64,000 bases of DNA from Daphnia carinata (lineage: Eukaryota): assembly GCF_022539665.2 (NCBI RefSeq), contig NC_081331.1:2728001-2792000 (forward strand), read 5' to 3'. Under the pieces are notes generated by a model that ran no database searches, was not told the DNA's origin, and saw nothing but the letters and a program-made list of their open reading frames with translations. Each line of letters begins with the position of its first letter. Position 1 is the stretch's first letter. Both the position numbers and the translations under genes were made by a program. Positions 36,643 to 52,489 of the stretch are shown here, in pieces.

Positions 36643-38019
36643 CAACATGGTCTCAGTACATATGTACTAAGTAGTACATAGTTGCAGATGCACTTTTTCT
36701 TATGGGGTAAATGACAAACGCGCAGGGCGTTAGTCAATTGTTTTTTTTTTTTTAATATTGTCTGCTTGGAGTTTTTCCACGCGGAAGTCGCGATAAAACG
36801 TGGTTTTCTACGCGGATATGTGGAAAAAGAACCCTAAAATTGTAAATTAAATGAGAACCCATGAAATAAATTTGTTTAAATTATCTTACTTAATTTTTAA
36901 TACAAGACGGAATGTTGAAATTTTCTAGACACAAACAAAATGTAAATATGTACTTATAATTAAATATTTTTACACTTATTTACACTTTTTAAAATTTGAA
37001 CTTGGCGCGGTAAAAAAATGGCCGCCATAATGGTTTATCAAAAACAACTTTTTCAAACGTAATTTTTGGGGTTAAATATAGCAGCTTAAAAGTAAACGTT
37101 TAGAATAACTTGTTCCTGGAATCACCAGGAACAAAAATATTATAATGGTTTCCTGTTTTGACGAAGATTAAGCATCAAACAATCAATGCAAAGTTTCGTC
37201 TTTTTCACACACCCCCTCCCCTTTCTAAAATCATGAAATTCTTTAATAATTATTTATGAAGAAACTAAACAGTTAAAATTGACAAATTTTGCATCAATCG
37301 ATAGCTCTTATCAAGAGCTATCTAATTCTATGAAATTTATGTTAAATTTTCAGAAAAGGAAAGAGTTTAAGTGTAACATCTATTTTTTTATTTTTATCGG
37401 TTGCGTCCATTAGAACCTTAGATCGAAAAACAACAAAAACACATTTTGCGCTTAAAATTTTTTCGATTTGAAAATATTGATTACAATTACCTAAAAATGG
37501 ATAGCCCTTACCAAGGGCTATCGATTTATATTATATTTATATTATTTATGTATTAAATCAGCGAATATCATAATTAATTTTGCTGACAAATAATTAAAAA
37601 ATTGTTTCTCTTATATTCCTTTATTTCAATTACTATAACTATTGTACATACATATAATAGTAATATATATATTATAATTGTATGTATAAATATATAAATA
37701 TAATTGTACGTATGTATAAATATATATGTATAATTTGTAATATACTGTATATATGTGTATTTATTATATTGTAGTATTTATGTACATTATCATAATATTG
37801 TAAATATAAATTTATATAAACCTAATTCATGTTATTCGCTTCGAAAAAAATTAAGACATGCGCTACACGCATTTTTGTTTAACTAGTTTAACTTTAACGG
37901 TTTAACCATTAAAGCAACCAAATCAAAGCCCTAGAGGCGACAACACACACTTTCCCCATAAAGAAAACTGTAGGCGCGATTATGTACTAAGTAGTACATA
38001 TTGCCTCGCGACCAGCCTG
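36643..38019. mobile_element. Non-autonomous DNA transposon (MITE-like), 8-bp TSD, CA...TG termini (hAT or P superfamily-like)
   Basis: TSD ctgtaaat at 36635-36642 and 38020-38027. Imperfect TIRs contain tatgtactaagtagtacata (36661-36680 and 37981-38000) and ttttcttatgggg / ccccataaagaaaa. The interior is very AT-rich with no ORF. Confidence 0.75.
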
Positions 38020-38438
38020 CTGTAAATCCATCTTGTTCATGCACAAATTTTCTCTTTCAAGATAATCGTAAAATAAAAAAAAATATCTGGTATGCCTTCT
38101 CAAATTCATGTAATGAAGTAGAATAAAATGTCTAAAATATAATCTAATAAATAATATTTCTAAAATGTAATCTACCACCAGTGCCGTCCCATTGCCATGT
38201 TTACATTTTTATTGGACGTATACATGAGATCAGTCAAAAACGTTGTGGAAAAAATTGTCTAATGGTAAAAGTAGTAATATCTTGTTATCTCTAGCAGCAT
38301 ATAATATAAGGTACTGTTAGTAATAGCATGGCTGGCAACGACCCTCAGCCAGTTTTGGAGAAATTAATGTGATCTCGTGAACCAGTGATTCTTGTTGTAA
38401 ACAAACCCGCCCTCCCAAACCTATTGGGAAAAAACATA

Positions 38439-40838
38439 ATGTGCGAAAGTGGGAGCATGCAGTATAGAAACGAGCTAATCAAAACCATTCGTGAAAATGT
38501 TCAGAATTGTGAAAAAAAATTTGGTGGAAAAACTGTATTAGCAACAGAGGCTGAGCAGTCAGTAATAAAAGTAATAAATGGCTTTGAACTCATTCTACAA
38601 GATGGTCTGAAAGTTAAGAATGGAGTGAATCTAAAAAGTATCAACCTAAATGTGAACAGTTTCAGCCTTAGGTATTTTGAAGTAGATTGTTAGAGCTGCA
38701 TGAAAATAATACTATATTTTTCATTATGTGCAGACATGTTACAGAATTAGTATCAAATGGAATAAACATGGTTATGAACCCTGTTGGACAATCAGATCAA
38801 AATTTACCAGGTATAGGATTTGGGCTTTAATTTCTTGTTTCACCATTGTAAAATTTGTCTTTTTTTTTTCTTATATTTGCAAACACTATTTAAAAACTAG
38901 TGTTTTGGCACTTTGTGCGTAACCATCTAACAAGACATGAACAAGAAAGATACTATCATATTCAGAACATCACTACAGACTATGGAAGGGGAAGGGCATG
39001 GCTACGTTCAGCTATTAATGAACACTCACTTGATCGCTACCTCAGGATGCTTTTTTCTGATGAAAATCTCATTTCAAACTATTATGAACCTTCAGCTTTA
39101 TTGAATGATACCTGCTCAAGAGAATGCCTGCTTACTTCAGCAAAAGGTCCAAAAAATTTAAAATTTTTACTTATCCGTTAAATAACGTTTTCAAACTCTA
39201 GATCTACGCTCTGTGATATTTGCTCTAGTAGTTGACCGGAAGGAGTTGGACCTCGTCGATGAATCCAAGAAACTGATGATACAAAGTCTACGGCCAGAAC
39301 CCCAAGCAGTTAAGATGGCAATTACAGAACAAGAACAGGTTAAACCAAAAAAGAAATCGAAAGTTCGGGTTGTTGACCTAGAAAGTGATGGTGAAGTTGA
39401 AAAACCAGCAAAATCGTTTAACACTGCAGCAATTACCATTCCACAGAGCGGTAGTACACCATCCTTAGTATTTCAACATACAGGAAGCAGCCCAAGCATA
39501 AAGTCAATAGACTCACATGATGCACAGTTGACCGAAACAAAGCGTTCTACCATGAACTTATCAGAAATGAAGCAAATGCTTCTTGATCTCACCGAAAAGA
39601 AAATTCAGTTGGAGGACTCCAAATCATCTCTGCAGTTGCAACTGCATGGCGTGCAGCTTGAGAAGCAGGATCTTCAGGATCGTTTGAAAACAGCTGAACA
39701 GCAGAATGTGGAGTTGTCGAGGTAGTTTACATTTGAAATCATTATAAAACATTGCCTTAATATGAAATTGCGCCATAGGGAGAATACTATTCTTAAGGAA
39801 CAACTGAAGCACTATATGGGCGCTGTTCAGATGTTAAAGAATTCTACCAGCAACGCGGTTACCACGTCAACGTCTCTTTCTCTACCTCCCGACTACCACC
39901 AAGAAGCTAATCATTTTGAAGAAAAACTAATTCAGGTATATCGACATAAACATAAACGTATGTGCAAAGTAGTTAATAAAGAACTTATTTCGTATTCATG
40001 ATTATTTATAAATATATACTTTTTTCTTTAGGTTGCCGAAATGCATGGCGAATTAATGGAATTTAATTCTCACCTTCAGTGTAGTTTGAAAGCAGCCGAG
40101 AGATTTGCTGATCGTTTAAGAACCGAGCTAGTTCATTTACGTGGCCCTTTACCTTCCGATTATGCTGCCTGTAACGACGAAAACACCAGCATCTGTAACC
40201 TGGCATCATCTACCGAAAGTCCATGGATTCATATTTGGATACCTTCAACTTTTCTCGTTCATGGAACAGTTGATTCTCATCATGTCTACCAGGTTTTTCC
40301 GTTCAGTAGCCAATATCTCGTGTTCCTTATAAAACTGTCCTTTTCAAATTCAGGTTTACATTCGGATAGGTGATACTGAATGGACCATTTTCAAGAGATA
40401 TTCTCAAATATATAAATTTCGTAAGGAAATGCTGAAGCGATATACCTTTACTGCAGACATTCACTTTCCACCCAAAAAAAAATTTGGATATCGCGAAGAA
40501 AAAACTGTGGAAGACCGTCGGCGAAAATTGCAGGAATTTCTTCGACGATTTCTTAATCTGTGGATGAGAAATGAGACATGTATGACAACTTTAAATCAGA
40601 CCTCCTTTGTTAGTCTATTTTCTTTTTTTAGGTAAATATTACAATATTTTCAGTAAGATTAATTAACAAGTTCCCAAATTCCGAACCAAGAATGCCATTA
40701 GTGCGAATTATATCGCAAAAACTATTGAGCAAATTCTTTTTTCGGAATAGGGCTTGGTAGCATTTGCTTCTACAATAACATAAATTTTCATTTTAAATGT
40801 GCAGTGAGCAACCAAATTCAACTCCTCGACATACATAA
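38439..40838 (+). CDS. SNX29: Sorting nexin-29-like (RUN domain, coiled coil, PX domain)
   Basis: GRGRAWLRSAINEHSL (RUN), RENTILKEQLKHYMGAVQML, KLIQVAEMHGELMEFN, and PX motifs HHVYQVYIRIG...FKRYS...FPPKK. The terminal exon is uncertain (stop at 40760 or 40838). Confidence 0.85.
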
Positions 40839-41051
40839 ACAGGACTCCATTCCCATTGAGTCCATCTGATGACCATACGACATAAGTGTACGCGAGATTA
40901 TCAAAGTTATTTTAAGTCTAAACACGTTATTTTGCCCATGTTTCAACTGAAAGTGTTTGTTAATTGTCAAGTTGACAAATGTTGTCGTGATATGTAACAA
41001 TACACATTAGCGCCACTGTATCCCAACAAGCATTTGCTTTTAGAAAAAAAC

Positions 41052-42000
41052 ATGGCAAATGTTAAATTTCGTTTCTTACCATATTTGATACTGTGCTTCA
41101 TTCCTAACCCAATTAAAGCACATGAGATAACCTCGAGTGCAATTAACCAAATAGGAGAAGCTTGTCTGCAAGAATCATGTAATACAATTACTGAAATTAA
41201 CGTCACTACCGATTCCAGTAACATGGATCCGTCTGAGCAAACGACCGAAATGCCCAGCGAAGAAGATATATCAGGGGAAACTTCGAATTCTTCATCCACT
41301 GTTGGCGATTCATGTCACTTATTACCTGTTGAATTCATGCGTTGTGATTTAAATTTCACATGTATCTACGGTGGACTTGTAAATGTCTCTTGTGAAACTG
41401 ATCACCCGTGTAAGGTATTAGTTGATATAGTAGCTATGCATAAGTGTGTATGGATGGTAATCTTAAAAATTGACAGGGTTCTAAAAAATTTCATAAAGAA
41501 ATGAAATGTCAGTATTGTTACCAAACTTCAGCAGAAGATCATTCTTGCAATGCAACAGGCACCTACTGCAATTCAGCAGCCAATCCAGTTCAAAAGTATA
41601 GGTCCAACTGCACTGCAAAATCAAATGTTCTTTGTTTGGGACAAAGAATGTTTTTTAAAAATATTAGATGCAACTGGACTTCTGGATACAAGGTAATAGT
41701 TTCTTGTGTCATCAGCATCTGAATTGGAACTAATAATTCATTCTGGATACAAGTGGAGCACAACACTATTGCTGAGCATCACTTTAGGTGGATTTGGAGC
41801 AGATAGATTCTATCTTGGGCATTGGCAGGTAAGTCTGGCTAGAGAACCAGTCACATGCAAAAAAACAATGTTTCATTGTCTTTTAGGAAGGAATAGGCAA
41901 GCTGTTCAGTTTTGGAGGAGCTGGAGTATGGACCCTTATTGATGTGATATTAGTTGCTGTAGGCTACCTTAAACCTGCAGATGGATCTGTGTACATATAA
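41052..42000 (+). CDS. TM2D3: TM2 domain-containing protein 3 (almondex-like)
   Basis: Signal peptide, Cys-rich ectodomain, CNWTSGYK|WSTTLLLSITLGGFGADRFYLG, GIGKLFSFGG, PADGSVYI-stop. Confidence 0.92.
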
Positions 42001-42078
42001 TATGTGGAATTAAGGAATATACAAATTTGACATACAAACTGTGTAATTTCCCCCTACATCATACAAAAGAAGCAAAGA

Positions 42079-42669
42079 TCATTCTCCAATCAATTTGTTG
42101 ACAAATGCTCTGAGTTTGTCATCATCCAAAACTCCAACAAATGATCCTTCTACTTTCCCTCCCTTAATTGCAATGACTGATGGTACAGCTGTGACCTACA
42201 ACATATAATAGTAAGGTCGTACACAAGAATGCTTATTTAGTTACGGAAGCTACAATACATATGTATATAACAAACATGCATCCAAGTACAACTTACGTTA
42301 TATTCTTCAGCCAGCTCTGGGACGTTATCAATGTCAACCTTGGCAAGGTGAAATTTATCTAACTTTTCAACAGCCAAGGCTTCCAGCCTAGGTCCTAGTG
42401 TCTTGCATGGTCCACACCATCTGGTATTACATTAAAGCACTTAGGACGAAGTAACTACTAAAAAAGAAAACGAAAGAAAAAGTTAATGCAACATACCTGG
42501 CGTGAAAGTCAACTAGGACTGGCGTGGAAGCGTTTAAAACTCTTTTCTGGAAATCTTCTTGATCCTGCACATTGAAAGATTGGTAACTAGCTGTTCGACC
42601 GATGGATAAAGACCGCCGAAAAACAGAACTAGTTTCGTTGATTAGATTTAGTTTAATTACACGCTGCAT
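42079..42669 (-). CDS. TXN2: Mitochondrial thioredoxin 2
   Basis: Basic presequence, FNVQDQEDFQKRVLNASTPVLVDFHAR|WCGPCKTLGPRLE, VTAVPSV. Confidence 0.9.
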
Positions 42670-42836
42670 TCTGTACAACTATTCAGTGACGTTATAATTT
42701 CTGTTGTAAGAACTAAAACAACGTTGCCCCTTTTTGATTTTTCAGGAAATAAGAATAAGCAGGTTTCGGTTATCTCATCTGAAATTCTTTTTGGTTTCTA
42801 ATGAAAGCGATTAACAGAGAGGTAAGCAAGTACTTG

Positions 42837-42844
42837 TATCGATA
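42837..42844. promoter_or_regulatory. DRE element (TATCGATA) in the divergent TXN2/Chibby promoter
   Basis: Exact DRE palindrome between two head-to-head housekeeping genes. Confidence 0.5.
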
Positions 42845-43067
42845 CGGTTTCAATTACAAAAAGAGAAGGTTCACAATAGAAATCAAATGGAAATAATAAG
42901 GAGTATACGCGTACTTTACGTATGGTACTTTCAAGAATAGGGTTACGCAACCTCCGTTTTATGAGAGACATTGATAAGAAAAGCCCTTACACAATCACCT
43001 TGGAAACCAGATTTCAAACAACGCGGTGCCAATAAGATTATTAAAAAAAAACGAAAGCGAGGTTACC

Positions 43068-43541
43068 ATGCCTCTATTTCGTAGTAAATTCCAACCAAAA
43101 AAATGTCCAGCAAGAAAATCATCCACCGTTTCAAATTTAAGACGAAATATGGATGCCGTACAGTTAGAGGAGGAATTCAGCATTAACGTAGACAAAGTGA
43201 AGCTCAATCTTGGAGAAAATCTACAGTTTGAGTTCAATTCGGAAGACGGGAAATGGGTTCCAATTAGTTCTGTTTCCACAATCAAAACCAAGCAAAATAC
43301 TTTAATCCGCAAACTGGAAGGAGAAAACAATTGGCTGAAAATTCAAGCAGATTTGTTGCTTAATATGGTAAGTAAATTACATTTAAAAAAATATTTTCAC
43401 CTCATTAATCAAGAACTTACACAGCTGACGGAAACAGCGCTCGAAGCTCACCTGAACGCGGTACACTCCCAGGAAAAGGCTAGTCCTGAAGTCAAAGTTT
43501 CAAGAAAGAGCCCCTTTAAAGGACGAAAACTCTTTTCTTGA
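43068..43541 (+). CDS. CBY1: Chibby homolog
   Basis: MPLFRSKFQPKKCPARKS...LEGENNWLKIQADLLLNM|LTET. Likely intron 43368-43424. Confidence 0.8.
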   Translation: MPLFRSKFQPKKCPARKSSTVSNLRRNMDAVQLEEEFSINVDKVKLNLGENLQFEFNSEDGKWVPISSVSTIKTKQNTLIRKLEGENNWLKIQADLLLNMVSKLHLKKYFHLINQELTQLTETALEAHLNAVHSQEKASPEVKVSRKSPFKGRKLFS

Positions 43542-43708
43542 GTATTTGCCATTCGAAATTTGAAAGAAATATATTTTGTATGAACCCGTGGAAATGAAAT
43601 AGTTTCATTTAGGGGAATTCATTTCATCGGTCATTTATTCCTTTGTTATACTGCATATGTACACTGGTCCGACTAGTAAACTTTATTAAGTTCTACTTGT
43701 AAGGAGCA

Positions 43709-45128
43709 TCAGCTGTGATAAAGGGCAGGAAAAAGACCACGAATAGTTTTAAGCAGCCAGTCTTCACTGTCCTCTCTCTTTTTGTGTACGAGCATGAGGA
43801 TCATAATAATGGGCAAATGTGCCAAAGACATTCGAAAAAGTTTCCGAGAACTAGAGCTATCTGAATGGCGGTAAAAACGCCACGCTAAAATTAAAAAATA
43901 CAAGTTTACAGGCAAAGAGTCCAGAGCAAATGTCCACGTTGTTAACCCAATAAGTGGTGCAGTCGTACATATTCCTATCAAAGCAGCGGTATGTCGCAGG
44001 GTTGTTCTCCGGCAGAGATCTGCAACAATTATTTCTGGTTAAATATAGGCTGCAATGGCATCGAAACTTATCAATACCTGGATTCGTGACAGCCATCATC
44101 CTATAGCCAGCACGCGAATAATCGGATCTAAGATTCCAAGATAACGCATTGAAATGAGGAAACTGCCATGCATATAACACTCCTCCCAACACCATTGCTC
44201 CGGCATCTAGATATCCAGTGCAACCGGCATAACCCATTAGGGGTGGAAGGGCACCAACTAAGAGAGAAAAGTATTATACTTTACATGCGATTCACGGTCA
44301 TTGATTGGGACAATAAACCATACCTACAGACCCTACCCATGTATTGGCTATGCTTGACCGCTTCATTGGGGTATATACCAATGTGTACAACGCCAACGTG
44401 AGAGCACCCAACGACGCACATACTCCGTTAACACCATAGTTCAATATTATCAAACCGGTAGTACCGCTCACAGCCGCAAATGTTACAGCATGTAAAGGGC
44501 TGCGCAGACAGAATGTTACAAAAATTTCCCCCATTTCAATGGAATGTGAAACCTTACCTCAAAAGTCCTCGAACCAATACACGGTTGCTCGTTCTTGCCA
44601 TTTGCGAGTCGAAAGGTACTTCGAAAAACTGGTTAATACTGTGAAGAAATACATAGATATTAAAGAACAAATTATGTATTTGTACGTAAGCAATAAATAC
44701 GTGTTTGCAGAGGCAGACGTCAAAGCTGTACCCAGAAGACAAAGGCCCAAAGTAGTGAAGTCGGTTGGTAATGGTGCCATAGCATAACCAGTAACGGCGG
44801 AGCATACGACAAGACCGGTTAACCGAAATTTCGCTAGAGAACTGTAATGGTTTGTCAGTTTAGCTGGCGTCATCAACTGAGGTGGATCAATTTTTTTAAT
44901 GGTTTTTTCATTGGTAATTTCAAGTAGTACATCTTGATTGACTACTGGACTGGGGTTACTTTGAGTAACTGTTGTGAGAACTACTGGTTTATTCTTTGTG
45001 ATCTCTTCAATCCCAGAGACTTCAAGTTTTTTGGATGCTGCTGCTCTCATCACATGGCGATGAACAATGCTTTTCTGCAGGCGCAGGCAGCTAGGGGATG
45101 TTAATAGTAAACAACTGGCACGTATCAT
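43709..45128 (-). CDS. COX10: Protoheme IX farnesyltransferase, mitochondrial
   Basis: [62 protein letters not shown]...[10 protein letters not shown]. Confidence 0.95.
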
Positions 45129-46725
45129 TTCAAAACCTATCAATTGGCAGCTACTTCTGTTTTCATAAAAAAATGTTATCATAAGTTATTGATTTAAACT
45201 TCATTAGAAGGAAAATATTTTACTTGATCAGGCTCAAATTCGTGAGCTGTTCGTTATATACGTTTCAAGGTTATCTAAAAACCTTACAAAGCGGAGCTCT
45301 AAAGTTTTTTTTTCACGTAATAGAGTGTGGAAGAATCCTATCTACATTTGGCTTTTCCAAACGTATTTCCAGCTAAATTTTAGCTGAATATGTTCCTAGC
45401 TTTATCACTTACATAAACACAAGAGGAAAACAATGCTTGTTCGATACTGTCATTTTAATACACACCTACACAACTTTGTCGGCACTAGTTAGGTACACAG
45501 TAGGGCTACGGACGGTCATTACAATCAGCAGACACATTTCACGGCCCAAAGCAGACAGAACTTCGGGAATACGCTGTTGCCTATTTTCCTCCACGGGCAT
45601 ACAGAACTGGAGCAGAGTCAACAGTCACGTGGTTTCTGAGACTCTGCCAGAGTTATAGAGTTAGACGATAACTCTATAATTACTTTATAACTCTAAGTCT
45701 GCCAGGTGATTATGGAGAAATAGGAAAATGCTGCATCCTGAAGCAGAATGTGCTTTAATTTTTACGCTGGCTAATAGAGAAGGAATGAGAATTTTCGACG
45801 ACTTTGTCACTAGAACTTTTTAATCCGATTTCTGGGCTTTCTTTTCTGACACTACGACTAAAACTTCTCTTACTTGGTTTGTTCCTTACTGCTAGTATGG
45901 AAAAATTTTGAACAGCGTACGAGGAATTGTAGAAACTGGCAGGTAGTATCCTGAAACAAAATAAAGTATTGAGCGAAATGATCATTTAGTTAGTCGCTTA
46001 TACAAATTATGAGTAAAGGAAAAGGCTGTAATATACATCAGCAGCGTTTGTTTTAGTATTACTAGTTTTCTTTAGCCTAACTAAATTTCGATTTTAAATG
46101 TAAATTAGAGAACAATGAACCGTGGTGATCCAAATTAGTCATTCTCATGCTCTGAACGAGGTTCTTGGATTTTTCACTACGGAAGCACCAGTTAAAGCAA
46201 ACATTTACAATCGAACTGCTACATCACTTCTATGATCTTAGGTTTAAGTTTTTACTTTATTTCGAAAGGTGTGGACGAAAAATCACGTCAAAAAAGGGCG
46301 TCATTTTCTTAAAGAAGGAATAGTCGCTTCCCAATCTTGAAGGATGTAATACTAGGTAACAGGGGAAAAAAATATAACAACAAACAGTATTGGTTACCAT
46401 GCCTTTCCTGAAAGTTCGATTGGTCATTTTTTTTCCACAAGCTGAATCAGAAATTGCTATCGTGCATTTAAAATTTAGATTTTACCGACGAATACGGTAA
46501 ACAAAGTCAAGTTAAACAAATTTTTCTATTAGAAAAAATGTAGAACCAAGCCAAGCGATAAATGCGCGTGATCACGATCGAGGATTATATCAGGTAACCG
46601 TGAGCTGCTAATGGTGAACGCGTGACAAGGATTCTAAACAGAACTTGGTTGTATAACTTGCAAGGTAAGAGCTTTGTGATAAAACGAAGAAATGAGTAAT
46701 CAAGAAAGACATTCATCGAGAAACC

Positions 46726-48588
46726 ATGGCCAGCAAAGACCGACGCGCAAACAGCCTCGCGATAGTAATTTATAAGGATCAACTATTTTTAGCTTTTCAA
46801 TCCTTAAAAAATTAGTGGCTCCAAAGTAACTAGCACGTTACCTTAAATTTATCCCAGGTTGACGCGGTTACCAAGTCGAACCCTTTTTTCGAGATTTTCG
46901 GAGAATGTCGTCTAGTGAGTACTCAAGTGCTTGTTTCTTTACGCAGAAAACTAATCCTAATTTGGCCAGGTGCACAGGTGGCTGGAAAGCAAATCAGATA
47001 AGTCCGTGTGGCTGCTGCTGAAACTTCTTGATGGTGTATTCCGAGGATTCTCTCAAGTGAATCTCACACAATGACTACTTTTCTCTCAATAAAATTATTT
47101 ATTTTTAAATTTGCTGATCTAGGTAGTTTTTGCAAATAATACCTTCAGTGGGCTTTTTGTTATTATTGGCTTGGGTGTGGCAGATATTTCCGTTTGTGCA
47201 GCTGGACTATTAGCTGCTACCTTAGCAACTGTAACGGCATGGGTATAATCTTGGAAAGTAGTTTGTTTTCCATTTCTTATGCTTTCAAGGAATGGACGAC
47301 AAAAACAAAAAACAATAATTCTAAGCCGAACTATTCATACTTAGGTGTTCAACCAACCTTGGAACTTAATCAGTAATGGTTTGGTGACCTACAACGGCGT
47401 GTTAGTTGGAACTGTTACTGCCAGCATTTGTCCACCTATCGTGATAGCTACTAATGGACCTGCTTACCTTTCTTGGTGTTTAATAGGATTCGGCGGAATA
47501 ATGAGGTACTAGTGAATTTGTCCTATTTGGCAGTATTCCGAGTTAAAACAATATTATATAATGGTTAATTGCATTATCAGTGCATTAGTCACCTCTGGCA
47601 TGGCCAATTTGTGTAAGGGCGCATCACTTCCGCCGATGACAGTTCCCTTCAATCTCATAGACCTCTTGCTATTCATCTGTCTACCTTCGGCTCTGACGCA
47701 TCTTGCACCTGCTGTGACAGCGCAAAATGCTACCATGCTTCAGTTGAATGCGTCTACCAATGAAAGTGTGATAGTCCTGAATGGCACGATACCAGATATC
47801 ACGCGATTAGGGCTCGATTGGATCATGGTAAGTAACGACGCTGATTTCGACATGCAAACAATATAGAGTATTCAGCAAACAAATTTTTTATGTAATTGTA
47901 AAGGTATTACGTGGTAGTTTAGTATCAATGGGACAAGTTTACGCGGCTGAAAGTATTGCTTGTTCAATCATCATGTACCTGGGTATAACTATGTTTTCTC
48001 CAATGCTTTCGATTGCCCTGTTTGGAGGTTCCCTTTTAGCTTCAGTCTGCGGTAAGTTCAAAAGTTGCTTAATTACCAATGAATAGCAAAATAACCCAAA
48101 TTTTGGGTACGCAGCACTTGGGCTTACCGAGAATTATGGCGCAATTTATTCCGGTCTTTGGGGTTACAATTCGGCACTAACTGCAGGAGCAATTGCAGTA
48201 ACCTTTTACATTCCCACTTTGTTATCAGTTTTTAATGCGGCCATGGCAATTGTCTTCACAGCGGCTGCTCAGCGCGCATTTGGTCTGGTACTGGCACCGG
48301 TATGTAAAGAAATTTTTAGTTATCATATGAACTTTCGAAACAAAACTTACCAAGTTTATCAACTGTAGAATGCTCTAAGGGAATCCAAGTGTTAACGTGC
48401 ACTTTTGTGTTTAGGCTGGATTACCAATTTTGACAATTCCCTTCGTGGTCACCAGTTCAATGTTCCTAGCCGTCACAAGTGGAACCGGATTTGAGAGATT
48501 AGTCAAGGCACCCGACGGAAGGCCTCCAGAACATCAGCGCAGAAGACACAAAAGGTCGGCTATTCAGAGCGAAGCATGTGATGTTTAA
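46726..48588 (+). CDS. Urea transporter (SLC14/UT family), multi-exon
   Basis: Spliced by eye: RGFSQ|VVFANNTFSG, GLVTYNGVLVG, LPPMTVPFN, GQVYAAES, GLWGYNSAL, GLPILTIPF. The duplicated LPxxTxPF signature is present. The start codon is tentative. Confidence 0.85.
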
Positions 48589-49573
48589 ATTACCATCACT
48601 AGTGGCGGCAATAGGTTTAAGTCTAAACACGCGCAGCTAGTAAGGAAAACAAGGGCATAAAACTAATTGGACATAAAATTAAATTGACGACGAAATCAAC
48701 TTCATCTCCGTAAAATAAAAATACAAAAGGCGTCACTACAATTAAAATGCTAATGCTATCGATGGTACCTACTGAATTCTAATCATAAACGAGAACCGTG
48801 ATAAGTAGCATAGCACGCATTTGGAAATACCTGATGGCCAAGCTCTAACTGTTAGCCAAATTGTAAGCTCAGGTGCAATCTGCTTACCTTCGGAAAAGAA
48901 AATATCTGAAAAGGTTCGAGTTTAGAAAATAATAACTCTTCTAGATACTGTGCACATGAAAATATCCAAACCTATCACTGTTTAAAATCAAAATGTCTAC
49001 ACCGGTTTGTGAGTTTGTTTCAAAAAATAAATTGAATCAATCAAGAACGAGTTCTTTCCCTTCGGCTCATTGGACTTCTGCCGAAGGTCAACAAGTTCGC
49101 AAAACGAACGAATAAGGTCATACTTAATCACCCTAATTCGTTACCTACTGAAAAATAGCTCATGCTAAATTAGACGGTTAGCCGAATAAAACAATAACAT
49201 ACAATATACCAAACGTTGTTGTTGGTTGGCGCAACAGTTGGGTGAAAGGACTTATTTTTCATTTTGAGTGAAAAAAAAAGCTGGATCCAAGCCACAAAGA
49301 TTTTCGCTGACGATGAGTGGTACTAGTTTCTTCATATTCTAGAAAATTGCCGTATCGTGATGTGTAAGCAAAAACAGTAATAATACCATCATTTTCAACG
49401 AAGCTTTTCCCAGGTGCAAGCTAGTCTATACGCTATTAATTCTCTTGATTAAAATGCATTCTGGACTTGTACCTCTATGAGTCATTCCTTTTTTTAAATT
49501 AACGCACATGAAAATTCAATCGTTAAGTAAATATAATGTATGCGCAGGTGGACGTAAAAAAGAAAAGGAATAC

Positions 49574-52489
<2,916 letters not shown>

